From IMG/VR virus record IMGVR_UViG_3300005613_000006, positions 32,001-96,000 of that record: 64,000 nucleotides of DNA. One strand, 5' to 3'. The translations under genes were made by a program, and so were the position numbers. Shown here piece after piece: positions 55,422 through 64,000 of the stretch (positions are counted from its first letter, which is position 1; each line of letters starts with the position of its first letter). Below the pieces are notes generated by a model that saw only the letters and a list, made by a program, of their open reading frames with translations, had not been told where the DNA came from and did not search any database. This DNA is from a virus.

Positions 55422-55936
55422 TAGAATGCTCCCATTATTATCGTATCTGGTCTGGTACAAACCACACCAAGAGACATGTTTCCATAGTTGTGTACTTCCA
55501 ACTGTTTGTTCTCTGGTATCAACGTAAGAAAGGAACTGACCTTAGTGCAATCGAGATAAACAGCCAAATGCTTCTTCCCAACCGGGAGTGAACCGGCTAA
55601 CTCATTAACGAAGAAGTTGTACAACTCTTGGTCTGGGTCGAGGTCCATCATATCGTGCACAGTCACATGGGAACTCATCGCCGTTACGTAGCGATAAAGT
55701 TCATCACTACCAAAAGCATCATCCCAAGCATCAGTTCCGATAGCAACGTCGGTGATTCTATGCGTCCCATTTCTTCTCGCTACAGTCTTGCACAACGCAG
55801 ATAGGCGTGGGGTAAATTGTCCACACTTTGCCTCGTCGTCATACACCATTATGTTGCGATGCGTTCCAGATGCCAGTATGGTGTGCCACTGGTCACAGAA
55901 AATCTTGCGAACAAAGGATTTGTTGAAGAGTTCCAA
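55421..55936 (-). CDS. Truncated major capsid protein paralogue (C-terminal ~60% of MCP)
   Basis: aa 1-57 align ungapped to MCP 134-190 (31/57, counting the start residue as Met); a later block aligns to MCP 245-271 (14/27); ends IMGAF versus MVGSF; TTG start with RBS GAGGT. Confidence 0.85.
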   Translation of the reverse strand: MELFNKSFVRKIFCDQWHTILASGTHRNIMVYDDEAKCGQFTPRLSALCKTVARRNGTHRITDVAIGTDAWDDAFGSDELYRYVTAMSSHVTVHDMMDLDPDQELYNFFVNELAGSLPVGKKHLAVYLDCTKVSSFLTLIPENKQLEVHNYGNMSLGVVCTRPDTIIMGAF

Positions 55937-55951
55937 ACCACGACCTCATTT

Positions 55952-56974
55952 CTAACTCCCTGGATTTTGGTAATGCCCAATCTCGAACCCTGGATGGGTG
56001 TCTTCTTCCATTACCTTATCTATTCCTTGCGTCAACAACTTCTGATGTAAGTAGGAACAGATGGTGTGAGGTTGCCCAGTTCTGTTATTCAACTTGGTTG
56101 GGCTATATGCTTTCTTTCCGTAATAACACACGCGGTTGCAGAACCACCTATCGGTACGTTTCAGTGCAGGCCGCATCATGTTAGCAATAATGTCGAATCG
56201 TTTGTGCAACATGTCCAACGTGTACTTGCGGTCTTCTTCACTAAAAGCCATTGTGAAGGGACCACCATCCCTGACAAAGTGGATGGTCATTAACGTCTGC
56301 ATGTCTGGATACATGGTCTCAGCGGCATAGTTGTACATGAGCAACTGTGGGTCTTTGGTTAACTTCCAGAAGTCTTTTCTTTCTCCTGTCGCCCAGTCTT
56401 TCCGTTGACCACTCTTCCAGTCAATGATTTCGTAACGATGGTCGTCAAGTTTGGTAACAAGGTCAATCGTGCCCTTGATACATAGCTGCCCGTCTAGTGT
56501 TTTTCCGTTTGGCAAAGCAAAGTTGTAGTATGCCCACGGTTCTTCAATCGGTATGTTGAAGTGTGGCTCGGCAGCTATTACGTGAAGGTTGCGAGGGTCG
56601 AACATTTCCTCTCGGACAACATTTCCAACCCACTCTGTACAATCTCTTTTGTCGCGAGGATACCATTTGTGGGGCGACTTACCCACGTAATGGTCGTATG
56701 CTTTATCTATGAGGTACTGTACGTAACTAGCTCCGTACATGTACTCATGGTCCACTTTCATAGTTCCAAAAGTGTCATCCTTGAACGACTTTGTGCCCTT
56801 CTGATGGCACAACTTGGCATTCGCTAAACACTCGAATACCTTGTGAACTATCGTTCCCATTTCAGCCCTTTTGCCAGTCACAGCCGGTAATCCCAACACA
56901 TAGGTCAGGAAATACTGCATCTGGCAAATGCTGAACCCATTGTAGCTTGAGCTACGAAAGTAAGGTATTATCAT
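55952..56974 (-). CDS. PD-(D/E)XK exonuclease (Cas4/RecB-like)
   Basis: SSS.....C...Y, G..VH..FE, KGTIDLV, IIDWKSG, QL.MY, C-terminal Cys cluster. Confidence 0.85.
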   Translation of the reverse strand: MIIPYFRSSSYNGFSICQMQYFLTYVLGLPAVTGKRAEMGTIVHKVFECLANAKLCHQKGTKSFKDDTFGTMKVDHEYMYGASYVQYLIDKAYDHYVGKSPHKWYPRDKRDCTEWVGNVVREEMFDPRNLHVIAAEPHFNIPIEEPWAYYNFALPNGKTLDGQLCIKGTIDLVTKLDDHRYEIIDWKSGQRKDWATGERKDFWKLTKDPQLLMYNYAAETMYPDMQTLMTIHFVRDGGPFTMAFSEEDRKYTLDMLHKRFDIIANMMRPALKRTDRWFCNRVCYYGKKAYSPTKLNNRTGQPHTICSYLHQKLLTQGIDKVMEEDTHPGFEIGHYQNPGS

Positions 56975-57846
56975 TTGGTTGCCACATTAAGGGACTCTTC
57001 TCCTACTGTTACGAAACCCCACTCTTCTAGCTTCTCCGCAACTGCGCGGTTCTGCTCTGGGATGCTCATTTCGCGATTGTCAATCACGGCATCGAAGTCT
57101 TCAAGTGGAAAATCGTCCAAAGCGGTCTCACTCTCATGTTCATCCTCGCCCGCCATCGGTGCCCGCAAGAATCGAATCATCTTGCCACCGGCAGCTTGAA
57201 TACCCACAACCTCGTTGGGGAATCGGCAGTCTGTCACCACGGCCAAGGCTGGCATGGTCTTGCGAATCTCGCGAATCAGCGAGTCAACCCAACAGTTTCC
57301 ATACAGGCGACGGCATACATTGGTGCCAAACATTTGCATGACTTGTCGGGCGGTCATAAAGCCCGGCTCATGGTAAGTGAGAACAAAGTTCTCGTCGGTG
57401 TACGTATTGGGCACTTCTTCGACAAGGTGGTTGATTTCATGGGTCACGTCGTTGAACAAATACTCGTTCGTCATAACCCCAGGAAAATCTTCCCATCTGA
57501 TTTTGGTTAGGCTGTCCTTGTCCTCATTGCGACCGTAACACTGTGGATAGGTCAACCCCAACACATTGATGAGGAATTGCTTCAACGCATCAGCATTGCT
57601 GTACAACCGCAGGGCAAAGCCGATAGACTCGTTAAGCCACGCCTTCGTCTTCTCACTCTCGGGGTTAATCATGGCTTCTTGGAGCCCATGTTCCTCATCA
57701 TAGGCCGGTACTTCCAACTCACCCTTGGTGTTAATCTTCATCCACTCGATGAGGTCGAGGGACTTCATTACGTTACCCAGAATGAAGTTCGCAGAAGTAT
57801 TCTTTCCCGACATTTTTTTGCCGGAAAATCCTAATATTTGAGTCAT
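56971..57846 (-). CDS. Deoxynucleoside monophosphate kinase
   Basis: GFSGKKMSGKNT P-loop, TARQVMQMFGT..CR, TDCRFPNE, HESETALD. Confidence 0.88.
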   Translation of the reverse strand: MTQILGFSGKKMSGKNTSANFILGNVMKSLDLIEWMKINTKGELEVPAYDEEHGLQEAMINPESEKTKAWLNESIGFALRLYSNADALKQFLINVLGLTYPQCYGRNEDKDSLTKIRWEDFPGVMTNEYLFNDVTHEINHLVEEVPNTYTDENFVLTYHEPGFMTARQVMQMFGTNVCRRLYGNCWVDSLIREIRKTMPALAVVTDCRFPNEVVGIQAAGGKMIRFLRAPMAGEDEHESETALDDFPLEDFDAVIDNREMSIPEQNRAVAEKLEEWGFVTVGEESLNVATK

Positions 57847-58658
57847 TACATCATCTCCTCAAAAATTTTCTTTTTACGGTTTAGAGACCAACATTTACCA
57901 TCATACAATAGATGATATATTTCTAAGATTTTTTTACGACTACATACATACCACACATGCCAACTATTACTTTTGATTATATTTCCATATTGCTGCATAC
58001 TACAGTAGTTTCTAAGTTTGTCTAATGTTAAATATTGTTTTGCAACAATGTGCCACTTATAGTCTCGGCAAAAATACTTACCTCTGGTTCTTGTGTATGT
58101 GGCCACACATCCATCTCCATCAAACACACCTAATAAAAAATATTTCCTGAACCGTTTTGGTATTGTGGGTATCGTTGTTAAATATGTTTTTCTTGGTTTA
58201 ATACCCACATTAACTAATGCAGTTATCATGTGTTTGGAATCTATGGTAAACCAGCATGAATGATATTTACTACTCACTTGTTTTTTTATAATGGGTAAAT
58301 TGCCACCAAGTTCTAAATTGATAAAATCCAAAACACATTTATCTTTTTGAGATAAGCCAATGGTTAGTCTATATTTACCATCTTTCAGATAGATATTTCC
58401 ATCTGCAAAAATAAAGCCAACTATATATGCCTTGTTTGGTGTATCTATGGTATCAAAGTAGTGATGATTAAATGTATATTTATACTTGCGTTGATACTGG
58501 CCCTTGGGTTTATGAAGTAATGGAATATGGTGTAACTTAGCAAGATATTCTACTTGTTTAACCGTTAAATTTAGGTTGGTTGCTATGTCTTGTCGGAAAT
58601 CATGCTGGGCGCGGTCCACGATGTACTGGATTTGTTGTTCTGAAAATTTGTGATGCAT
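57846..58658 (-). CDS. LAGLIDADG homing endonuclease
   Basis: AYIVGFIFADGNI and FLLGVFDGDGCV motifs; very AT-rich; real start MHHKF after AGGAG. Confidence 0.88.
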   Translation of the reverse strand: MHHKFSEQQIQYIVDRAQHDFRQDIATNLNLTVKQVEYLAKLHHIPLLHKPKGQYQRKYKYTFNHHYFDTIDTPNKAYIVGFIFADGNIYLKDGKYRLTIGLSQKDKCVLDFINLELGGNLPIIKKQVSSKYHSCWFTIDSKHMITALVNVGIKPRKTYLTTIPTIPKRFRKYFLLGVFDGDGCVATYTRTRGKYFCRDYKWHIVAKQYLTLDKLRNYCSMQQYGNIIKSNSWHVWYVCSRKKILEIYHLLYDGKCWSLNRKKKIFEEMM

Positions 58659-58702
58659 AATATGTCTCCTGGAATAAGTTTGCCACATAGTATTATACAC
58701 CA
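58651..58702 (-). promoter_or_regulatory. Promoter TGGTGTATAAT (58702-58692) pairing with the start-codon region
   Basis: Minus strand TGGTGTATAA..TATGT pairs (two G-U) with ACATA-TTATGCATCA, which contains the ATG. Confidence 0.65.
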
Positions 58703-58707
58703 AAATC

Positions 58708-59820
58708 CTACTTTATACTCCTCACAAAATCGTGTAATGGCCCTACGTCCATTGCTCCTGTGTCTTTAGCTGGTAGCTCAGGAATGAATAGCTCGTATTG
58801 CCGATGTAGTTTTTCTTGCCAATCTTTCTTGGCTTTTTGGCCCGCTTCGTCGTTATCCGCGAGTATGATAATAGAAAGGTACGACCCGAGGCGGCGTAGC
58901 GCCACCAGTTGTTCCTCTGTTAATTCCGTTCCAAAAACCGCCAACGCATAATGGATTCCAGCCATTTCTAACTTCCACACGTCGCCCGGCCCCTCCACTA
59001 GAATGATGGTGCCTTCTTGGAAAATATGCTGCTTGGCAAACCAAGTATTGTAGAGATAGTGACTGCGATTGAAGCCATCGTTGTTCTTCCACTTTCCAGC
59101 GTTGATGATTCCTGCAATGTCAGTGGGACACGGTTCATCCGGCATGTGATACAAGTTGCACTTGGGGCACTTGTCAAACATGGTGCGGGCGGTGAAGCCG
59201 ATGATTTTGGTGTACAAATCATCATAGATGGGCACGACGATTCTTTTACTCTTGTAATGAAATCCCACATCGTACTTATCCAAAACCTCTTTCGAGTACC
59301 CTCTGTTCACATAGTATGGGGCTGGTATGTCCAGGCCCTCTCGTATTTTTACCCTGTCCCATTCGGTGTCAACCGGCGTCGGTGCCAGTCTCAGCTTATT
59401 CATCAAGGTCGTTTGTTTGCGTCGTTCGACTTCCGCATCTTCTGGGCGAGGAACATCCAACAGGCTATCATATCCCAGAAATGTCGCCACCCAGTCAATC
59501 GCTTCGGTCCACGGTATCTCTTGGCCACGCTGCCTCGACAACACGCCCCACACGAACCCGAATAGCGTTTTCTTCCACTTCTTCTCACAGTGGTGTGTCC
59601 TACATTTCCAGTGCCCACGCACTTCATCCCCATCTGGATACAAGTTCCAAGCCGTGGGGTTGTCTCCTCCATGTACAGGACACGGCCCACACACGAAACG
59701 ACGAGACTTGCTGTACTCTACACCTAACTCAAACAACAACTCTTCGATGTTGTCACAAGCTATGTTAGCGAGTTCATTCAGCCTCGGGTAATCCCTGTAC
59801 TTCTCCAGGGGGAGTTTCAT
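58708..59820 (-). CDS. DNA primase (Zn finger plus TOPRIM)
   Basis: CPVHGGDN...C.T..C; IGFTAR; ILVEGPGDV; DNDEAG; KDTG. Confidence 0.88.
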   Translation of the reverse strand: MKLPLEKYRDYPRLNELANIACDNIEELLFELGVEYSKSRRFVCGPCPVHGGDNPTAWNLYPDGDEVRGHWKCRTHHCEKKWKKTLFGFVWGVLSRQRGQEIPWTEAIDWVATFLGYDSLLDVPRPEDAEVERRKQTTLMNKLRLAPTPVDTEWDRVKIREGLDIPAPYYVNRGYSKEVLDKYDVGFHYKSKRIVVPIYDDLYTKIIGFTARTMFDKCPKCNLYHMPDEPCPTDIAGIINAGKWKNNDGFNRSHYLYNTWFAKQHIFQEGTIILVEGPGDVWKLEMAGIHYALAVFGTELTEEQLVALRRLGSYLSIIILADNDEAGQKAKKDWQEKLHRQYELFIPELPAKDTGAMDVGPLHDFVRSIK

Positions 59821-61300
59821 TGTCATCATCCTTTGGTGGTTCAAACGGAACGTCTTGGGAGTCGTCTACTGCTCTCTGTTGAGCTAATCGTTTCAAGTTG
59901 CTGCGTGTGTCTCCCTCGTATACCTTCCCGAATTTCCCCTCAAAGAAAATGTTGATGTAGTCCCCACGTTGCATTCCTCCTCCATGTCGGGCTTTAACCA
60001 CAACCATCTTGCGATTGCCGTGGTGTAATCCCATGTCGGCAATCTCTTCATCGCTCTTGCATTTGAAAATGGCACAGTTGGTTACCAACCACAAGAGTCG
60101 GTCGCTGCCAGCAATCACTCCAGAATGTTCACCGTCGATACCATCACGGTTCAGTTGTGTGAATGCTCCAATGGAAATGTCGTGACGTACCGCAAAGTTG
60201 TGCAACGCGGTAATCATAAATCCAAGTTGTTGGTATTCGGCAAGGTTACCGTGTAGCTTCATGCCATCCATCAGTTTCAGATAATCATAGATGATAACGC
60301 ACGGTAGGCGGTTACCGTCTTCGTCAAAACCCACGTTCTTCTTAATCCACCGTCGCATAACGGCAATCGAGTCCTCAAAGCTGCGGCCAGATATATTCAG
60401 GTAGTGATATGGAATGTTTTCCAAGTCCTCCTGTGCTTCTCTGACCTTCTGTCTCTTTGAATCGCTGAAAGAATACTTGCCGGTCTCCACTTCATTGATG
60501 GTAACACGACCACCACTCCCGTAGACCAGATTGGGAATAAGGCGCGCCCAATGGTCTTCATCGGCCATTTCCGTATCCAGTTGTAGGACTGGAATACCCA
60601 GTTTCTTCGCAATGTGCAAAGCGATGTTGTCAGCCACCATCGTTTTGCCCACTCCCATTCGAGCCCCTATAAGGGATACTGTCTTACGTCGCCAACCCCC
60701 ACCAATAGCTGCATCGTACAATGGAAAGCCGGTACTGATGCCAACCATTTCGACCGGATGCGCTTCTATGTGGTCGAGAAAGTCATTCAGACCGTCGCTA
60801 ATTGGGTGTGGGTCTCGACTATCCACGTCCTGCAACAACAGCGTGAAGTCCAGCACGGCGTTCTCCGCAATCCCGATAATCTCTTCGATAGGTTCGCGGC
60901 CACTTATTTCCTCAAGGCTAATGCCAGCCTGTCGAAGTTGTTCGTGCATCAGGCGAGCAACGTGCAACTTGCGAATCTGCCCAGCCCACACCCTTACATT
61001 CTCCACATTGATTACGTTCTCGGCAAACAGGCCACGCAAGTGACGCTGTTCCTCTGGTTTCTCGAATAGGCTTGTGTATCCCAGATGCTCCGCTGCCGAT
61101 ATGACAGACGCAGCATCTATCGTTGACAAGTTCTTCTCTTCGTATAGGTATTTGAAACAGTTGTACAACGCCTGATTGGTTGTATCTGTAAACGTGTCTG
61201 CCTGTAGGAAATCAGCCACGTCTAAATAAGCATCTTCACCACAGTGGAAAAGACCGCTGAGTACAGCGAATTCCGACTTCAAATCCGTCAACCTATTCAT
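59774..61300 (-). CDS. dnaB: Replicative DNA helicase
   Basis: GISTGF..YD, GARMGVGKT (Walker A), DTEM, IYDYLKLM, QLNR, VVKARHG. Confidence 0.92.
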   Translation of the reverse strand: MNRLTDLKSEFAVLSGLFHCGEDAYLDVADFLQADTFTDTTNQALYNCFKYLYEEKNLSTIDAASVISAAEHLGYTSLFEKPEEQRHLRGLFAENVINVENVRVWAGQIRKLHVARLMHEQLRQAGISLEEISGREPIEEIIGIAENAVLDFTLLLQDVDSRDPHPISDGLNDFLDHIEAHPVEMVGISTGFPLYDAAIGGGWRRKTVSLIGARMGVGKTMVADNIALHIAKKLGIPVLQLDTEMADEDHWARLIPNLVYGSGGRVTINEVETGKYSFSDSKRQKVREAQEDLENIPYHYLNISGRSFEDSIAVMRRWIKKNVGFDEDGNRLPCVIIYDYLKLMDGMKLHGNLAEYQQLGFMITALHNFAVRHDISIGAFTQLNRDGIDGEHSGVIAGSDRLLWLVTNCAIFKCKSDEEIADMGLHHGNRKMVVVKARHGGGMQRGDYINIFFEGKFGKVYEGDTRSNLKRLAQQRAVDDSQDVPFEPPKDDDNETPPGEVQGLPEAE

Positions 61301-61303
61301 CCA

Positions 61304-62062
61304 CTAATCCCTTCCAGCTTTGCCACCCTTCGCGCAACAATCGTTACACTTATACCTGTTGTACTCAGGATTGCGGTTGTATCCTGTTGCCAATGAGGCG
61401 GCGATTTTCTCTTTCTTTCCACACCCTTTACAGGTTACACTAACTTTCTTGCTGGTGTCGGGCGCTTCGCTATCGCTGCTACGGCCCGTTGCCACCTGGA
61501 CGCCTAGTGGTTTACCCTTCTCGTCGTGAGTATGTTTTGTCACGTCTTGACGAGAGAACGCACGGCGGTCGTCCTTAAATTTGTTCTTCCGCTTCCCTTG
61601 CTTGGGCTTGCGGAACGGCTCTCGTTTGCACTTCTCTCCTAGTTCTTCATTGCTTCCCTTGAGTGCATCGTTGGTGCCATCGCCCTTGGTCCTAACAACA
61701 CAATCCGCAAACTCTTCGGGAATCTCTTCTTCCTCTACTTCGTTCCCTGGTTCCAAGTCCTCTTCATCATATTCAATGTCGTGTATCAGTTGAATACCGT
61801 GTGCCGCATTAGACCCTTCTTCCTCTTCCTCTTCTTCTTCCGGCTGTCGCAACTCGGGCGGTAGCTGCATTCCTGGCAATCCATCGGCGGCAACAGGCGT
61901 CGGCTGGATTGGTAACTCAATGTCTATATCCATGTCGGCCAACAACTGCGCCTCTGTCTTCGGTGGCGACAGTGGCTTTCCTGTAATCGCCGTATACACC
62001 TTGCAGACTGCCTCCCAGTCCTGCTGTTCTACAGCTATCTTTAACACATCTGGTAGTTTCAT
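61304..62062 (-). CDS. Hypothetical protein, acidic linker and C-terminal Zn finger
   Basis: CKGCG...YKCNDC; poly-Glu tract. Confidence 0.6.
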   Translation of the reverse strand: MKLPDVLKIAVEQQDWEAVCKVYTAITGKPLSPPKTEAQLLADMDIDIELPIQPTPVAADGLPGMQLPPELRQPEEEEEEEEGSNAAHGIQLIHDIEYDEEDLEPGNEVEEEEIPEEFADCVVRTKGDGTNDALKGSNEELGEKCKREPFRKPKQGKRKNKFKDDRRAFSRQDVTKHTHDEKGKPLGVQVATGRSSDSEAPDTSKKVSVTCKGCGKKEKIAASLATGYNRNPEYNRYKCNDCCAKGGKAGRD

Positions 62063-62568
62063 GTTCTCGCTCCCTTCGCTCTCTGCAACGCTATGAATGA
62101 TTCGGACAACGAACGTAGCTGCTGTGGGACAAACGACAAAAGGTCAAGCCGTAGTCGCGTGTCCATTAGTGCTTGTTGAAACTTCATCGCTACGTCGTCG
62201 CCCTTGATTGCTGCTGCTCTCTTGTGTTCTTTGGACATAAACTGACTGTACTGTTCTACGGTGCTTGCAACACAAAAGTCAATGGATTCCTTGCACCAGT
62301 TGAGCCGGGCGGTCAGTCTGCCAATTTCTAATTGTATGTGGAGAGCGGATTGGTTGAGGATGGCCGAGGCTTCCCCGCACTCTTCTTGGTTTAGCTTACG
62401 TATTTGGGCAGGCGTCATGTTAATGAAGCGCTCTACCTCGTTCTGAACCGAAGGGTATCCCAACCCAACTTTTCGATGGTACTCGGTGAAAATTTCATCA
62501 AGCTCCTTCAACCTCTGTTCCACCTTCGACCGATTCTTCTCCCTCGATTCGTCGCTGCCACTCATCAT
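62059..62568 (-). CDS. Helical protein, possibly a UvsY-like recombination mediator
   Basis: Coiled-coil character and position between recA and dnaB. Confidence 0.35.
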   Translation of the reverse strand: MMSGSDESREKNRSKVEQRLKELDEIFTEYHRKVGLGYPSVQNEVERFINMTPAQIRKLNQEECGEASAILNQSALHIQLEIGRLTARLNWCKESIDFCVASTVEQYSQFMSKEHKRAAAIKGDDVAMKFQQALMDTRLRLDLLSFVPQQLRSLSESFIALQRAKGART

Positions 62569-62935
62569 CGTCCTCCGTATATGGAAGGTGTACTATCTCT
62601 ATGTTGTTGGCCTCGCACCACGCCACTTTGCGGCGGTCATTGGCCTGGGCTCGCTTGAATTCAGCTATGGTGTGATGGAAGTGGGCAACAAACTCAGTGT
62701 GTTGTCTTCCCTGTACTTCAATCACCAATTCTCTCAGCGGTAGATAGAAGTCTATCGTCAGGTTCTCACTTGGCAGCGGAACCTCTTCCAAGATTCGCTG
62801 TGTCGGATACAGGCTTCGCAGCAACTCGCGGCATCGCAAGTGCAACTCTGAACGAGGCCGCTTGTCGTTGAAGTCCACCTGATGGCCAGATGGTGGCCAG
62901 TTGTGGGTGTAGCCGTTCTTATCAGTTACTTTCAC
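62498..62935 (-). CDS. DUF559/Vsr-like endonuclease
   Basis: EEVPLP, IDFYLP..ELVIEVQGRQH, D..K..WC..N.I. Confidence 0.75.
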   Translation of the reverse strand: MKVTDKNGYTHNWPPSGHQVDFNDKRPRSELHLRCRELLRSLYPTQRILEEVPLPSENLTIDFYLPLRELVIEVQGRQHTEFVAHFHHTIAEFKRAQANDRRKVAWCEANNIEIVHLPYTEDDDEWQRRIEGEESVEGGTEVEGA

Positions 62936-63321
62936 TGTATCACCTTCACAAAGACTTTCAACCCTTCTTTCTTGGCAAAGTTAATCATGGCCTTGGTGCC
63001 TTTCGACTTCCCGTCCCAAACTGCTACGAGTGCGTCAGCGTGTTTCTCCATCTTCCAGTTGCGTTGCATACCGGCCTTGGCATTGTAGGCACCATAACTG
63101 TTGTACTTGACTAGAGCGCCGGGAACACTAATGTCTTCCCAATCGGCAGGAAACTCTGCAACCGAAACTCCAATCTCTGCGGCATAATCTTCACCCAGAC
63201 TATCCACCCCCCTGGCTTTGCCAGACACAACCTCGGTGAACTCAAACTGTGACTCCACACACGCGGCCTTGACCACTTCGTAGTCCGTAATCCCACGGCT
63301 ACCAGCGATAATCACTTTCAT
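62932..63321 (-). CDS. SLOG-family (YspA/DUF2493-like) protein
   Basis: IIAGSR, VSGKARGVD, FPADW, AG..RN..M, WDGKSKGT. Confidence 0.85.
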   Translation of the reverse strand: MKVIIAGSRGITDYEVVKAACVESQFEFTEVVSGKARGVDSLGEDYAAEIGVSVAEFPADWEDISVPGALVKYNSYGAYNAKAGMQRNWKMEKHADALVAVWDGKSKGTKAMINFAKKEGLKVFVKVIQ

Positions 63322-63323
63322 GG

Positions 63324-64000
63324 CTACGCCCCCATCATCTGATGCAAAGCATCTTCTAAGTGTTTGAACTCTTCGGGATTCTCACGAAGCCGGTTGGTCA
63401 GGTTCTCTTTGCCCTGTACCTGATAGGGCCTCAGACTATCCTTGTCCTCAAAATCTAGGTCCAAAACGTCTGCCATGAAGTTCAACCTGAACCATGCGCC
63501 ACGTTGTTCGATGAATCCAAAGTCAATTCCAATGTCCACAATCTCCTGCAATTCGTCAATACCAATTCCATACCGGATAATCGACGTGGTTTTCTGCCCA
63601 GGAGCAGCGTTCAAAGCCGTGGACGTGGTAATCCAGTCTACCGTTTGTCCGATAACCGGCCCTTCTTCTCCACCCTCATGGATGAACTTGAAACTCTTGC
63701 ATTCAAGCCCAACATCACAAGCATACTGAATCTTGCGGCCACCGCTGGCAATCTTCCACTTGCCCATGCCGCTGACGTTGGAAATGAAATGTTGGATTCC
63801 CACAAGGATTATGTCATTGATTGGAATAACATTGCTCAAACGCTTGCAGAACTTGGCCATGAGGATTGCTCCACTTGCCCGGTCCATTTCTCCTAATTCC
63901 AATTCCATTTCCTTGTCGGTTGCCAACTGCGAAATCGAATCAATGACAATCACAGCACCAGGGACATTGTGTATGGTATGTTCTGCCGCCGTAAGGAACT
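63324..64000 (-). CDS. recA: RecA/UvsX-like recombinase, 5' truncated by the window
   Basis: Frame open to the window edge; IVIDSI (Walker B), SGGRKIQY, IRYGIGID, GFIEQRGAWF. Confidence 0.88.
   Translation of the reverse strand, partial: FLTAAEHTIHNVPGAVIVIDSISQLATDKEMELELGEMDRASGAILMAKFCKRLSNVIPINDIILVGIQHFISNVSGMGKWKIASGGRKIQYACDVGLECKSFKFIHEGGEEGPVIGQTVDWITTSTALNAAPGQKTTSIIRYGIGIDELQEIVDIGIDFGFIEQRGAWFRLNFMADVLDLDFEDKDSLRPYQVQGKENLTNRLRENPEEFKHLEDALHQMMGA

Noticed and set aside
55952-56974. Cas4 as evidence of a CRISPR-Cas system
   Set aside because: No repeat-spacer array or other cas genes; stand-alone Cas4-like nucleases are common in phage replication modules.
1-64000. Host assignment, tRNA genes, integrase, lysis genes, alternative genetic code
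   Set aside because: None recognisable in the window; genes read intact in the standard code, and the host cannot be determined from this sequence alone.

Overview
A 64-kb segment of a large tailed dsDNA phage (Caudoviricetes), with no host genes, tRNAs, rRNAs or CRISPR arrays seen. It has two convergent arms. The + arm (1-31.7 kb) is the virion module: probable portal C-terminus, prohead protease/scaffold, decoration protein, major capsid protein (MCP), neck and fibre genes, tail tube, chaperones, a 3289-aa tape measure protein and tail-tip proteins. The - arm (64-31.7 kb) encodes replication and recombination functions (RecA, DnaB, primase, dNMP kinase, Cas4-like nuclease, a split DnaE with a DnaQ-like exonuclease between the halves, SSB), a ~13-kb glycosyltransferase/NDP-sugar cluster and several homing endonucleases. 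The main discovery is three small - arm genes built from pieces of this phage's own virion proteins. Two adjacent genes (42060-43134) have twin-arginine (Tat)-type signal peptides fused to conserved patches of the MCP and the tail tube, and 55421-55936 is a truncated MCP paralogue. Together they cover mostly complementary parts of the MCP, which suggests a decoy/mimic system. A second finding is a phage promoter motif, TGGTGTATAAT, upstream of virion operons and of four homing endonuclease genes, where it forms part of a hairpin that hides the RBS or start codon. All calls come from reading motifs by eye; no database searches were run.
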